Shown here: piece by piece, positions 8,653-17,763 of the stretch
How the letters are laid out: each line of letters starts with the position of its first letter
Numbering within the stretch: the stretch's first letter is position 1
Virus record (IMG/VR): IMGVR_UViG_3300028423_000849
Span: 1-62,787 of that record
Direction: 5' to 3' (one strand)
Source of the DNA: a virus
Lineage: Duplodnaviria; Caudoviricetes
DNA length: 62,787 nucleotides
The notes under the pieces: generated by a model
Told to the model about the DNA's origin: nothing
Seen by the model: only the letters and a program-made list of their open reading frames with translations
Database searches by the model: none
Made by a program: the position numbers and the translations under genes

Positions 8653-8805
8653 ATGACTGAGGAAAAAGACACGTCGTCACCAAAAAAAATTTCTCGCAAA
8701 GAGGCCAACCGCCTAAATAACTTTGCACAGGAACTTGATGATGAAATCACACATGTGGTCGACTATGGCACCATGGATGATCAAGAAGACAACACCAAGG
8801 ACTAA
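8653..8805 (+). CDS. 50-aa hypothetical protein (not in ORF track)
   Basis: RBS AAGGA; MTEEKDTSSPKK...DNTKD fills the gap between neighbouring genes. Confidence 0.55.
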   Translation: MTEEKDTSSPKKISRKEANRLNNFAQELDDEITHVVDYGTMDDQEDNTKD

Positions 8806-8808
8806 ACA

Positions 8809-10005
8809 ATGAGAAAACTCTACTACATGGGCTTAGAAAGCTATGAAGCACGCTACACACTGCAGTTACAGGACTGGAATGAGCAGGTGTTTCAGCTCAA
8901 CGGCATTGACTACGAAGTGATCACAGGTGAGGAACTAGACAATTCCAAGGCCATTGTCACTGGCTCAGTGTTGGATGCCCATGGGCGTAGCTACTATAGT
9001 CTCAGTCAGACCATGAACCTCATCCAGAAGATGAAAAACGGCGAAATCACCAAAGACGATGTGATCTTCTATGAAGATATGTTCACACCCGGACTTGAGT
9101 GTTTGCCATACATCATGGATCAATCACCCCCAGAGTATCGTCCTCAGGTGTATGTGCGTTTTCTTGCACAAACTGTTGATCCAGATGATTTTCTTGTCCG
9201 CGAAGGCATGTTCAAGTGGATGCGAAGATATGAACAGATGGTGGATGAGTTTGTAACTGGAATCTGTGTGGCCAGCGAAGAGTTTGTGGCACACCTGCGA
9301 ATCGCTGGCATACAGACTCCTATCTATGTCACAGGCTTGCCTTTTGGTAAATCTGAAGTAGAAAGCAGAGTCCCTGACCGCAAATCCTTGGATCAACGCT
9401 GTCAGCGTGTGGTATTCGCTGCTCGCTGGGATGACGAAAAGCAGCCTGACTTTTACATGGATCTTGCTGAACACTACTACAGCATTGATCCCAGTGTGGA
9501 GTTTGCTGTGTTGTGCGGTCATCCCGAGCTCAAAAGCAACAATCTCAGCTATGTGGAGCGCGCAAAGCAGTTAGAACAGGGCAGCACAGCAAACTTCCGT
9601 GTGTACACAGGACTCAAGAAAAATGACTACTACAGCCTGCTTGCAGACAGTCAGGTGTTGTTCAACTGTGCACTGCAGGACTGGGTTAGCAACACCGTGA
9701 GCGAAGCAGACACCATGGGCACGCTCACACTGTATCCTGCATATAGAAGTTTTCCTGAGGTGTTTGCCAACAACAACAGGCATCTCTATGTGCCCTGGAG
9801 CATCCAAGATGCTCAGCAAAAACTCACTGACATGTTTGATTCCATCAAAGACAACAATCTCAGCGAATACTCGCTGGGCAAAATCAGCGACTATCAAGAC
9901 GGAACAATTCAGAGAACCATTGATGTACTACAAGGCAAAGGAGCACAGTGGCAGAGAAACGATTGGAGTTTCAGACGCCACGTAGCTGAGGCAAAATATG
10001 AGTGA
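8809..10005 (+). CDS. GT-B fold glycosyltransferase (GT4-like)
   Basis: FAARWDDEKQP, then QDWVSNTVSEA...GTLTLYP resembling the GT4 nucleotide-binding region; coupled to galE. Confidence 0.8.
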   Translation: MRKLYYMGLESYEARYTLQLQDWNEQVFQLNGIDYEVITGEELDNSKAIVTGSVLDAHGRSYYSLSQTMNLIQKMKNGEITKDDVIFYEDMFTPGLECLPYIMDQSPPEYRPQVYVRFLAQTVDPDDFLVREGMFKWMRRYEQMVDEFVTGICVASEEFVAHLRIAGIQTPIYVTGLPFGKSEVESRVPDRKSLDQRCQRVVFAARWDDEKQPDFYMDLAEHYYSIDPSVEFAVLCGHPELKSNNLSYVERAKQLEQGSTANFRVYTGLKKNDYYSLLADSQVLFNCALQDWVSNTVSEADTMGTLTLYPAYRSFPEVFANNNRHLYVPWSIQDAQQKLTDMFDSIKDNNLSEYSLGKISDYQDGTIQRTIDVLQGKGAQWQRNDWSFRRHVAEAKYE

Positions 10006-10975
10006 TCAAAAAACAGTATTAGTTACAGGCGGCAGTGGTTTCATTGGCACAATGGTGTGCCTGCAGTTGGTTGAAGCAGGCTACAATGTGATCAACATTG
10101 ACCGAGACAAGAAGAAAAAAGAGTTGCCAGGAACCACACTGTATCCGTTTGATATCAGCAATCACCAGGTGGATGGCATTATTCAACTCACCAAGCCCGA
10201 CACCATCATACATCTTGCTGCAGATCACGAAGTGGGTCGTAGTGTCCAAGAGCCCCATGTGTTCTATCAAAACAATGTGGCAAACACCATTGGCCTACTA
10301 AACAGTGCACTTGAAGCAGGAGTAAAAAACTTTGTGTTTTCCAGCACCAGCAGCGTTTACGGCGACACACACAGTTTTCCCACAGCAGAGACAGAACCTA
10401 TGCTGCCAGTTAGCCCCTACGGACGCAGCAAAGCATTTGTGGAAGATCTCCTGTGGGATTACACACACGCTCACAGTATGCGCTTTGTCAGCCTGCGCTA
10501 CTTTAACGCTGCTGGTGCTGACCCTGACATGAGGCACGGCTACACACAAGACCCTGCCAGCCACCTTGTGCCCATTGTGTGCAGAGGTGCGCTCAGTGGC
10601 GACACTCTCAGTGTGTATGGCAATGACTATGACACCACAGATGGCACCTGTGAACGTGACTACACGCATGTGTGGGATATTGCATCAGCACATCTCAGTG
10701 CCATGGAGTATCTAGACAACGGTGGCAACAGTGATGTGTTCAACATTGGTGCAGGCAACAGCACCAGTGTGCTGGGTATTGTAGATGCACTCGCAGAAAC
10801 CACAGGAGCCACAGTCAACTATGAGTTTGTTGATAGAAGACCAGGTGATCCTCCAAAGACCTACTCTAATATCTCAAAAGCACAAAAAGTGCTTGGTTGG
10901 TCACCCAAATACAATATCAACGACATTGTCCAACATGCTTATCAATGGGAACAAAACAAGAGGAAAAAACGCTGA
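9998..10975 (+). CDS. galE: UDP-glucose 4-epimerase
   Basis: TGGSGFIG, HLAA, FSS, YGRSK, LRYFNAAGA, DGTCERDY, RRPGD. Confidence 0.92.
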   Translation: MSDQKTVLVTGGSGFIGTMVCLQLVEAGYNVINIDRDKKKKELPGTTLYPFDISNHQVDGIIQLTKPDTIIHLAADHEVGRSVQEPHVFYQNNVANTIGLLNSALEAGVKNFVFSSTSSVYGDTHSFPTAETEPMLPVSPYGRSKAFVEDLLWDYTHAHSMRFVSLRYFNAAGADPDMRHGYTQDPASHLVPIVCRGALSGDTLSVYGNDYDTTDGTCERDYTHVWDIASAHLSAMEYLDNGGNSDVFNIGAGNSTSVLGIVDALAETTGATVNYEFVDRRPGDPPKTYSNISKAQKVLGWSPKYNINDIVQHAYQWEQNKRKKR

Positions 10976-11451
10976 TGTCGACCACCAAAGAATATATCAG
11001 CAGTGCACAGATGAATGGTTATTATCTAGATGTTATACAGGCCATGAGCAGTGCACAGTATCAACCAGATCAGATTGTGGCAGTGAGTCGAGGAGGTTTG
11101 GATTTCGGCGTCAAGCTCAGTCACTGGGTCGATGATGCAGACTTTGTGCCGCTCACATGGCAAACACGCGACGGGGCAGACAAGGATATTGAGCTGCTGA
11201 ATCGTGTGTTATCTAAATACTCAGGCTGCAACATACTGTTTGTGGATGACATCTGTGACAGTGGAAAGACATTGGGCGAAATTGAACAATATATCAACAG
11301 TGTAGACACAGATGTATACATAGATTACGCAGTGGCTATCCACAATCAGGATGCAGACTTTGCACCCACATGGTGTGGGAGAACCATCTACCGTAACATG
11401 GACACACAGTGGTTTGTGTTTCCTTGGGAAGAATGGTGGAGTACCAACTAG
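10975..11451 (+). CDS. purine phosphoribosyltransferase (Gpt-like type I PRTase)
   Basis: VSRGGL, PRPP loop LFVDDICDSGKT, C-terminal WFVFPWE; TGATG overlap with galE. Confidence 0.88.
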   Translation: MSTTKEYISSAQMNGYYLDVIQAMSSAQYQPDQIVAVSRGGLDFGVKLSHWVDDADFVPLTWQTRDGADKDIELLNRVLSKYSGCNILFVDDICDSGKTLGEIEQYINSVDTDVYIDYAVAIHNQDADFAPTWCGRTIYRNMDTQWFVFPWEEWWSTN

Positions 11452-11462
11452 AGGAGAGAAAT

Positions 11463-11660
11463 GTGAACAATGCAAAAAAAATTGAACATAGAATCAAATG
11501 CCTAGAAGAACGCCACAGAGAACTAGACAAGGATATTCAGGTAGCCTATGACACATTCAAAGAAGACTGTGTGGTGGGCGCGCTCAAAAAACAGAAACTG
11601 CAGATCAAGGATAAAATTCAAGACCTCAAACAACAAATTGTTGACACACACCAGCAATAG
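11463..11660 (+). CDS. DUF465/YdcH-like coiled-coil protein
   Basis: LEERHRELDKDI...LKKQKLQIKDKI; GTG start after GAGGAG. Confidence 0.7.
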   Translation: MNNAKKIEHRIKCLEERHRELDKDIQVAYDTFKEDCVVGALKKQKLQIKDKIQDLKQQIVDTHQQ

Positions 11661-11669
11661 TGCTATGCT
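11641..11669 (+). promoter_or_regulatory. sigma70-type promoter upstream of folE
   Basis: TTGACA-17nt-TATGCT with extended -10 TG. Confidence 0.6.
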
Positions 11670-11696
11670 ATACAACTACATGGAACACATACATCA

Positions 11697-12395
11697 ATGA
11701 AAAATCACAAATACAAATACCAAGAAATTGCAGATCGTATCCGAGATGCTGACGCCCCATACTGGGCCAAAGACAATATCAGCCGATTCATCCTTGAAGG
11801 CGAACAAGAAACGCTCATCGACGAGCTCACAGAAAAGTTTGAAGGTGTGTTGGATGCACTGATCATTGATCGTGACAATGATCCCAACAGTCACGGCACT
11901 GCTCAAAGATTGGCTAAAATGTATTTCAATGAGCTCATGCAGGGAAGATACTGTAATAAGCCTGCTGTGACCGCCTTTCCCAATGACGGCGATGATCCCT
12001 ACACAGGCATGTTGGTTGCGCGTGCGGAAATAAAAAGCATGTGCAGTCACCACCATCAGCCTGTGACAGGCGTGGCCTATATTGGCATTATTCCCAACGG
12101 GCAAGTCATCGGCCTCAGCAAGTACGTTCGACTGGCACAGTGGTGTGCTCGACGTGGCACATTGCAAGAAGAGTTGGCCAACGACATTGCCAGAGAAATC
12201 GTCTCAGAAACAGGCAGCAAAAATGTGGGTGTGTACGTACAGGCCACACATGGTTGCTGTGAGAATCGTGGCATTGGCGCACACAGCAGTCTCACACAGA
12301 CCACTGTGCTCAAAGGATCGTTTCTCAACGACGCAGGCACCAAGAAGGAGTTTTTTGACAACATCAATCTGCAACAACAGTTTTCTCCTAGGTGA
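11697..12395 (+). CDS. folE: GTP cyclohydrolase I
   Basis: SMCSHHH, GLSKY.R, LQEEL, HGCCENRG. Confidence 0.95.
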   Translation: MKNHKYKYQEIADRIRDADAPYWAKDNISRFILEGEQETLIDELTEKFEGVLDALIIDRDNDPNSHGTAQRLAKMYFNELMQGRYCNKPAVTAFPNDGDDPYTGMLVARAEIKSMCSHHHQPVTGVAYIGIIPNGQVIGLSKYVRLAQWCARRGTLQEELANDIAREIVSETGSKNVGVYVQATHGCCENRGIGAHSSLTQTTVLKGSFLNDAGTKKEFFDNINLQQQFSPR

Positions 12396-12499
12396 CACGC
12401 AGTAGGGTGTGCACTGTTGTTAAATATACTACACAAACACACAGAAGCCACTGTTATAGTATGCTACACACTCAAACCACACAAGCAGAGGAGCAGAAT

Positions 12500-13033
12500 A
12501 TGATCTCACTGAGAGGACCAAACAATGTAATGGTGGTAGATCGCACTGCTGTTCCGGTTGAACAGGTCTGCGAACAGGTTCTCAGCACACAGTTCGCTGA
12601 TCAAGTGCTAGAACAGTTTCCCATAACCACCGAAGAACTGTTTGCTTGTCTAGAGGTGTTCAGCGACACACAAGGACCCATAAACAATGACTTTGTTAGT
12701 ATTTCGTGTGTGAAAACAGATGACGGTGATGTTGAACTGGAGACCACGGCAGTCAGCGATTGGGTATACATTACCGCTGTATATCTAGGAGAGCAAGTCA
12801 CACAAAACGAAGAACGATTTGACACCTTGTATGCCTATGGCATGGAGAGTGTGATGTATGACTGCTTGCTGGATATGCAGAACGGCAGATCCAGTTTCAA
12901 TCACAGTGACATACACAGAATAGTGTTTGACGCATTTGTGGAAGCCTACGGCGATCTCACAGACGATGATGTGGTCAAACTCATAGAAAGTCTCAAAGAG
13001 GAAGGATTCCCCTATGACGACACTGAAGTATAG
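12500..13033 (+). CDS. hypothetical protein with N-terminal DUF433-like HTH region
   Basis: RTAVPVEQV...QVLEQFPITTEELFACL resembles DUF433; RBS GAGGAG before ATG 12500. Confidence 0.55.
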   Translation: MISLRGPNNVMVVDRTAVPVEQVCEQVLSTQFADQVLEQFPITTEELFACLEVFSDTQGPINNDFVSISCVKTDDGDVELETTAVSDWVYITAVYLGEQVTQNEERFDTLYAYGMESVMYDCLLDMQNGRSSFNHSDIHRIVFDAFVEAYGDLTDDDVVKLIESLKEEGFPYDDTEV

Positions 13034-13937
13034 CGAAACATTTTATAGCTCACAGGGCGAAGGCCATTACATGGGCATACCCAGCCTATGGATGAGATTT
13101 TTCCTGTGTAATCTACAGTGCAACGGTTTTGGACAAGATGACCCCACTGATCCCGATAGCTGGGAGTTGCCCTATGAAAACATTGACATCTCAGATGTCA
13201 CAGATGTCACTGAGTTGCCTGTGTTCAGCAAAGGCTGTGACAGCTCATACACATGGGCCAAACGTTACAAGCATTTGATCACAGATCGCAGTGTGCCTGA
13301 TGCTGTTGATGAACTCACTGCACTGCTGCCAGGAGGCAAGTTTCAGCATCCTGCTACCCAACAGTGGGTTCACATGGTGTTCACAGGCGGCGAGCCCATG
13401 CTGAAAAACACACAGCCGGGCATGAGTGCTGTGCTTGAAGAATTTGCACAGCGTGATAATCCATGCCGCTTTGTGACCATTGAGACCAATGGCACCAAAC
13501 CTATTACCACAGAGCTTGCAGACTGGATTCAGCAGAGATTTCTAGGAAGCAGTGAATATGATGGCACAGTGCCAGACCACTTAGGTGAGCCGGAGTGGTT
13601 TTGGAGTGTGAGTCCCAAACTGTGGAGCACTGCGGGTGAGAAAACAGCCAAAGCCATACAACCCGAGGTTGTAGGTGAATATGCCAAAGCAAGCAATCGA
13701 GGTCAGCTGAAATATGTGGTCAATGGCAGCAAAGAAAGTTGGCGAGAAGTTGAGGAATACACACAGTGGTTCCGCGAAGCAGGAGTGGATTGGCCTGTGT
13801 GGATCATGGGCGTGGGTGGCACAGTGGAAGGACTCAAGCTCACAGAAGCAGACATTGCTGATGAAACCATACAGCGTGGATACAACTATACCACTCGTGC
13901 GCATGCACACATCTATGGCAACGCCATTGGCAAATAA
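13014..13937 (+). CDS. queE: 7-carboxy-7-deazaguanine synthase (radical SAM)
   Basis: ETFYSSQGEG, RFFLCNLQC...GCDS, FTGGEP, IETNGT, SVSPK. Confidence 0.92.
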   Translation: MTTLKYSETFYSSQGEGHYMGIPSLWMRFFLCNLQCNGFGQDDPTDPDSWELPYENIDISDVTDVTELPVFSKGCDSSYTWAKRYKHLITDRSVPDAVDELTALLPGGKFQHPATQQWVHMVFTGGEPMLKNTQPGMSAVLEEFAQRDNPCRFVTIETNGTKPITTELADWIQQRFLGSSEYDGTVPDHLGEPEWFWSVSPKLWSTAGEKTAKAIQPEVVGEYAKASNRGQLKYVVNGSKESWREVEEYTQWFREAGVDWPVWIMGVGGTVEGLKLTEADIADETIQRGYNYTTRAHAHIYGNAIGK

Positions 13938-13963
13938 CACGCATTGATTAAGAGGAACATGCA

Positions 13964-14518
13964 ATGACTATTTTTAACAAACTGTTTGGCAACCACAGAG
14001 ATCGTGCTGTTGCCGATGCAAAAAAAACACTGTCCGGATACGATCTAGAGAAACGCATATTGGAAATTGATCTAGAGCACAACAACATTAGCCGTTTGGA
14101 GTATCAGCAGGCACTAGATGATCTGGAAATCAAAGAGCTGGGTAAAAAAGCACACAGTCAACAACATCTTGAAGAACTCAAGCTGGAGCACAGTCTCAAG
14201 CAAGGCAGTATCTCACACACAGACTATGAGCGTGAGTTGGCCACACTCAGAGGTGAGCCTTATGTGAACGTGCTCAACATGGATGTCAACCGAGAAAATG
14301 TTGTGCAGGGATACATCGAGCTGGACTGGAACGATGAGTTTGTGAAAATGCTCACTGAAGCTGGCATCACAGGAACCAGCGACGATGATGTGGTCAACAA
14401 ATGGTTCAATGGTGTATGCCGTACTGTGCTGTGGCAGGAGCAAGCAGACCTAGATTATGGCATGGACAGCGAACAAGGAAGACCAGATGTCGAATATAGA
14501 TCAGAAAGCAAAGACTAA
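13964..14518 (+). CDS. hypothetical protein
   Basis: 184-aa ORF with RBS GAGGA. Confidence 0.7.
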   Translation: MTIFNKLFGNHRDRAVADAKKTLSGYDLEKRILEIDLEHNNISRLEYQQALDDLEIKELGKKAHSQQHLEELKLEHSLKQGSISHTDYERELATLRGEPYVNVLNMDVNRENVVQGYIELDWNDEFVKMLTEAGITGTSDDDVVNKWFNGVCRTVLWQEQADLDYGMDSEQGRPDVEYRSESKD

Positions 14519-14729
14519 GCTAGCGGAATTGCTCAGTGCTGTTCAGCCAGTGATCAAAGGCTGTATTAAACAGATGAGCCAAAGAGAAGTAGAATACATA
14601 TTGGAAAACTACAGCAAGTTCTTGAAACTGGATCTAGAACGTGATTTCCAGGAGGTCAAGAAAGAGGTCAACAGTGATTCCAACAACATTGACGATTTGT
14701 TTTCTGGACTGACCAAAGATAAAGACTAG
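14487..14729 (+). CDS. hypothetical protein with near-C-terminal IDDLF
   Basis: RBS AAGGA; overlaps the previous gene. Confidence 0.6.
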   Translation: MSNIDQKAKTKLAELLSAVQPVIKGCIKQMSQREVEYILENYSKFLKLDLERDFQEVKKEVNSDSNNIDDLFSGLTKDKD

Positions 14730-14757
14730 CACTCTATAAACACCTAGGAGAAGCCGC

Positions 14758-15132
14758 ATGAAACAGTTTTTCGTTATAGTGATCACAATCTCAGCACTTT
14801 GGTTATCAAACCATGCACAGGCACAGACCTATCATGTGATTCCAAGTACATGCACACATGTGTACTGGAGTTATACCAAAGATCGATTTGGTCGCACCAT
14901 AAAACGGCCTGTGTGCTTGAACTATTCTAGACCACAGACCGTTGTGATTCCTGATCGACGCAGATACAATCGCAGCAACGACATTCTCAGTGCTATCATT
15001 GCGGGTGTAGCCAGCTACTATATTATTGATCGCAGCAATCGCTGGTACTACAAGAACAATCATCGGAGTAGACATCCCCACAGCAATTTCACACAGTGCG
15101 TGCATTGGCATAGAAATCGCCCTTGCAGATAA
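14758..15132 (+). CDS. small basic exported or membrane protein
   Basis: Signal peptide MKQFFVIVITISALWLSNHAQA; RBS AGGAG. Confidence 0.6.
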   Translation: MKQFFVIVITISALWLSNHAQAQTYHVIPSTCTHVYWSYTKDRFGRTIKRPVCLNYSRPQTVVIPDRRRYNRSNDILSAIIAGVASYYIIDRSNRWYYKNNHRSRHPHSNFTQCVHWHRNRPCR

Positions 15133-15133
15133 C

Positions 15134-15161
15134 TTGACAACACAGAGAAGATCTGTATAAT
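15134..15161 (+). promoter_or_regulatory. sigma70-type promoter
   Basis: TTGACA-16nt-TATAAT. Confidence 0.75.
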
Positions 15162-15189
15162 ACAAGTATACACACACTGCAGCAAGCAC

Positions 15190-16125
15190 GTGGGAGGCGG
15201 CCGTGATATTGACATGCGTGTGGGCATGGCCATGCACATCATGTTCAACAGCGTAAAAAAAGCCTGGCGGGACTTTAATGGCGATCATGTAGTGTTCTGC
15301 TTGGAAGGACGCAGTTGGCGCAAAGACTACTATGAGCCTTACAAAAAGAACCGCAAAGCCATTGCCAACAAACGCACGCCCAAAGAAATCGAAGATGATG
15401 AGATCTTCTTTGAAAGCTACAATGCCATGGTAGACTACTTTCGCGACAAGACCAACGCCAGCGTACTGCAATGCAGTGATGCAGAGGCAGATGATCTTAT
15501 TGCTACCTGGATACAATCGCATCCCAACGACGATCATGTGATTGTGAGCACAGACAGCGACTTCCTGCAACTGCTTGCACCCAACGTGCGTCAGTACAAT
15601 GGCACCACGGAACAGATTATCTCATTGGAAGGCTACACAGATGCTAAAACAGGCAAGCCTGTGATAGACAAGAAAACAGGCGAAGCCAAAACTGTGCCAG
15701 AACCAGAATGGTTGCTGTTTGAGAAGTGTATACGTGGCGATACATCAGACAACATATTCAGTGCTTATCCAGGTGCCCGTAAAAAAGGTAGCAAGAACAA
15801 AACAGGCATGATGGAAGCATTTGAAGATCGCAACTCGGGTGGTTACAACTGGAACAACTTTATGTTACAGCGTTGGACAGACCACGAGGAAGCGGAACAC
15901 CGTGTCAAAGATGACTATGAGCGCAACAGACAACTTATTGACCTCACAATGCAGCCCGAAGAAATAAAACAAGCATGTACAAATGTCATGGAAGAGGCCA
16001 AAAATAAGCCTCATGTGCCTCAGGTGGGCATACACTTTATGAAGTTTTGTTCACAATGGAATTTAGTAAGACTCAGCGAAAACCCCACAGAATTTGCAGA
16101 AATACTCAATGCCGGACTACAGTAA
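15190..16125 (+). CDS. 5'-3' exonuclease / flap endonuclease (T4 RNase H-like), apparently lacking its N-terminal strand
   Basis: SWRKDYY..YKKNR, EADDLIA, STDSDFLQL, GDTSDNI. Confidence 0.85.
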   Translation: MGGGRDIDMRVGMAMHIMFNSVKKAWRDFNGDHVVFCLEGRSWRKDYYEPYKKNRKAIANKRTPKEIEDDEIFFESYNAMVDYFRDKTNASVLQCSDAEADDLIATWIQSHPNDDHVIVSTDSDFLQLLAPNVRQYNGTTEQIISLEGYTDAKTGKPVIDKKTGEAKTVPEPEWLLFEKCIRGDTSDNIFSAYPGARKKGSKNKTGMMEAFEDRNSGGYNWNNFMLQRWTDHEEAEHRVKDDYERNRQLIDLTMQPEEIKQACTNVMEEAKNKPHVPQVGIHFMKFCSQWNLVRLSENPTEFAEILNAGLQ

Positions 16126-16411
16126 CTCTGACAACTGGACCGAAGCCGAAAAGGCACAGTGGATACTTGAGAATCAATGGGATTCTTCTGCTATTACCTA
16201 TATCTACGAGCGTGTAGGAGATACAGTGTACCGCAGACCCATAGAAATAGAAGTATTACCGCCCTGGATGAGCAAAGACAGAGAAGCCTGTATCCAATTT
16301 CATGAAACAGAAGATCCGGATTTTTCGGGACCTAATATTGTGGTCACAGACTCAGAAGATACTGCCAAAGAGATCTTTGAAGCGATGTTTGGCGAAACCG
16401 CAGATAAATAA
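16109..16411 (+). CDS. hypothetical protein
   Basis: Overlaps the nuclease end; IYERVGDTVYRR. Confidence 0.6.
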   Translation: MPDYSNSDNWTEAEKAQWILENQWDSSAITYIYERVGDTVYRRPIEIEVLPPWMSKDREACIQFHETEDPDFSGPNIVVTDSEDTAKEIFEAMFGETADK

Positions 16412-16435
16412 TCAACACGCACAGGAGTAACACAC

Positions 16436-16960
16436 ATGGAAAATCAGCAAGAAAAAACCATGCTCCAACAGATCTCAGATGTAGCCTGGTTGGTACATCA
16501 GGGAAAAAAGAATTTGGGCATTCTCAACAAAGATGTCCAAGAGCATTACACCTATATCACTGGCAAAGAGTTGGTGAGCTTTTCAGATGCGCACGAAGTA
16601 AAAAACCACTTTGGCAATCTCAGTCTTTTTGAGGAACAGACTTCTACTCCCACGCAAATACAAGACAAGTATTACATCAAAGGCTATGAAGTCAACTATG
16701 AAGAACCTTATGCACTGGAACCTAACCACCCAGACTACAGAGAAGACTTGCCGCTGTATACCAAAATCGAAGGCTCAGACGTCTACTATGCAGCAGGTTT
16801 CTACTGTGTGCATTTTGCCAAAGGCTGGAAACATGCACATGGCCCCAAACTGGCCACACTGGAAAAATATGGCTACGAAGGTCCATTCAAGTCAGAAATG
16901 GAAATGCGACATCGTCTCAAGATGCTCAACAGGCAAAAGCGTGTAGATGAAAGACCTTAG
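16436..16960 (+). CDS. hypothetical phage protein
   Basis: RBS AGGAG; ATAAATA at 16404-16410. Confidence 0.7.
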   Translation: MENQQEKTMLQQISDVAWLVHQGKKNLGILNKDVQEHYTYITGKELVSFSDAHEVKNHFGNLSLFEEQTSTPTQIQDKYYIKGYEVNYEEPYALEPNHPDYREDLPLYTKIEGSDVYYAAGFYCVHFAKGWKHAHGPKLATLEKYGYEGPFKSEMEMRHRLKMLNRQKRVDERP

Positions 16961-17144
16961 GCAGTTCGAACAGCACCTACGTAGTCTCAGAGCACAGGGT
17001 AACACTGAAATAACAGTAAACATTGACATGCTGTTGAATATTCTCAGCCAAGCCAAGCATCGCAATGAGGACACCCAAGCTGTTTGGTCAGCCCCTAGAT
17101 CCATTCAAGTAGACGGCGGAGACTTTTCCAGTGATAACGGGTGA
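16947..17144 (+). CDS. hypothetical protein
   Basis: Overlapping operon-style ORF. Confidence 0.55.
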   Translation: MKDLRQFEQHLRSLRAQGNTEITVNIDMLLNILSQAKHRNEDTQAVWSAPRSIQVDGGDFSSDNG

Positions 17145-17379
17145 GCAGTTTCCCTTGGGATATCCGTGCAAAGGCTGTGATGTGAGATTTCAGCACGATT
17201 GGCATCTCAGAGGAGTTACTGGGTTACCGCAAGCTCAAATAGCAACAATCAACAGTTTGTGCAAAGGCTGGTGGAGTTGGAGATTCACTGATGGTCCTGC
17301 TTTGCACCTGGTGCTCAGCTTCGAACATGAAGACGATCTTGTGCAATGCAAGTTGTGTGTTGACACCAGCACTTGGTGA
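17131..17379 (+). CDS. hypothetical protein
   Basis: Overlapping operon-style ORF. Confidence 0.5.
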   Translation: MITGEQFPLGYPCKGCDVRFQHDWHLRGVTGLPQAQIATINSLCKGWWSWRFTDGPALHLVLSFEHEDDLVQCKLCVDTSTW

Positions 17380-17456
17380 AAACATAAAACAGTTGTTTAC
17401 AAGCTGATCAGATAAATACATGTGTACGCACACAAAGACCACAGGAGACAGTACAC

Positions 17457-17753
17457 ATGAGCAGGCCCAAACCCGAGGTGCTCCTTGAAGCAGTAAACAA
17501 AAACACCTACAAAGCAGAACAGGTTCTCAAAGCAGATGCCATCTACAGTGTGTTTTATGAAGGTTCGCCTATTAACCTAAGGACTCTCAATGTGCTGGTC
17601 AGCTATCCTGGTCCCAAGTACAAAAAAGTCAGCTTTTCAAACCCCGGACATGCTTTTAATCTTGCTGAACGTCTCAACAAGATCTTTGGCACAGATCAAT
17701 TTCAGGTGGTCAAGCTCACACAAGGCGAAGTTATCTCTGAAGACAGCGTATGA
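17457..17753 (+). CDS. hypothetical phage protein
   Basis: RBS AGGAG; ATAAATA at 17412-17418. Confidence 0.7.
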   Translation: MSRPKPEVLLEAVNKNTYKAEQVLKADAIYSVFYEGSPINLRTLNVLVSYPGPKYKKVSFSNPGHAFNLAERLNKIFGTDQFQVVKLTQGEVISEDSV

Positions 17754-17763
17754 TCTTGCATAG

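Noticed and set aside
14806-15570. Long antisense ORFs (also 28579-29328, 46783-47667, 51127-51723)
   Set aside because: They overlap well-supported genes on the opposite strand and carry no recognisable motifs
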